Assembly (NCBI GenBank): GCA_965369325.1
Contig: CBDUQI010000002.1
Span: 5,873 to 69,872, forward strand
Length of the DNA stretch: 64,000 bases
Direction: 5' to 3'
Source of the DNA: an uncultured Gammaproteobacteria bacterium
Lineage (GTDB): Bacteria > Pseudomonadota > Gammaproteobacteria > Steroidobacterales > JBCBZW01
A program made the position numbers and the translations under genes. The notes below the pieces were generated by a model that saw only the letters and a program-made list of their open reading frames with translations, was not told where the DNA came from and did no database searches. Positions 63,769 through 64,000 of this stretch are shown piece after piece (position 1 is the stretch's first letter; the number at the start of each line of letters is the position of its first letter).

Positions 63769-64000
63769 ATGTACCTAGAGTTCTTCAATCTACGTGAGTC
63801 ACCATTCAGGCTTAGCGCTGATCCGGGATACCTGTTCCTGAGTAAATCGCATGCCCGCGCACGCGCGGGGCTGGAGTATGCGCTATACAAGCGCGAAGGC
63901 GTCATGGTGCTTACCGGGCCTATAGGCACCGGCAAAACCATGCTGGTGCAAGAGGTTTGCCGGGCCAGCGCCAAACAGGTGCTGATGTTGCACCAGACCC
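63769..64000 (+). CDS. ExeA/GspA-type AAA ATPase (PEP-CTERM/exosortase-locus-like), N-terminal 77 codons; runs off the window
   Basis: My translation reads MYLEFFNLRESPFRLSADPGYLFLSKSHARARAGLEYALYKREGVMVLTGPIGTGKTMLVQEV, the canonical ExeA N-terminus plus Walker A. Not in the track because it is truncated. An in-frame ATG at 63748 is an alternative start. Confidence 0.8.
   Translation, partial: MYLEFFNLRESPFRLSADPGYLFLSKSHARARAGLEYALYKREGVMVLTGPIGTGKTMLVQEVCRASAKQVLMLHQT

Noticed and set aside
63714-63974. 86-aa minus-strand ORF
   Set aside because: It is antisense to the clearly recognisable ExeA-type ATPase N-terminus (Walker A GTGKT) that I translated on the + strand.

Overview
GC-rich (by eye about 60-65%), gene-dense chromosomal segment with gammaproteobacterial-looking housekeeping genes (typA/bipA, msrPQ, phrB, a dsbC-like gene). 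I support about 45 protein-coding genes. I found no rRNA, tRNA, CRISPR array, transposase, integrase or phage genes. Two gene islands stand out. (1) 23.6-44.1 kb holds 11 co-oriented genes: four CRTAC1-type (FG-GAP/VCBS + ASPIC/UnbV) paralogs, three paralogous TPR (lipo)proteins, a 1118-aa TPR+VCBS+ASPIC fusion, a membrane-anchored penta-heme c-type cytochrome with a C-terminal TPR domain, a cytoplasmic C-N hydrolase, and a stand-alone P-domain protein with a PEP-CTERM-like tail. (2) 51.5-63.6 kb holds five TPR-sulfotransferases (one fused to an Fe(II)/2OG oxygenase domain), a stand-alone paralog of that oxygenase, and a TPR-fused aspartyl/asparaginyl beta-hydroxylase. A second beta-hydroxylase paralog lies at 15.9 kb. 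I read island 2 as a candidate TPR-guided hydroxylation plus sulfation modification system. I read island 1 as a candidate envelope redox/scaffold system. Neither has a characterised bacterial counterpart that I know of. Other content: two secreted metalloproteases (a truncated M4 at the left edge; an M12B-like enzyme with DUF11 repeats and a GlyGly-CTERM-like tail), a YbjQ-YbjQ-M48 overlapping triad, a GAF protein with a degenerate GGDEF A-site but intact I-site, a lower-GC islet (about 18.3-20.9 kb) with small secreted proteins, and an ExeA-type ATPase gene running off the right edge. Many long ORFs in the supplied track are antisense or alternate-frame shadows typical of GC-rich DNA and were rejected. 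All domain calls come from motif recognition by eye and need HMM confirmation.
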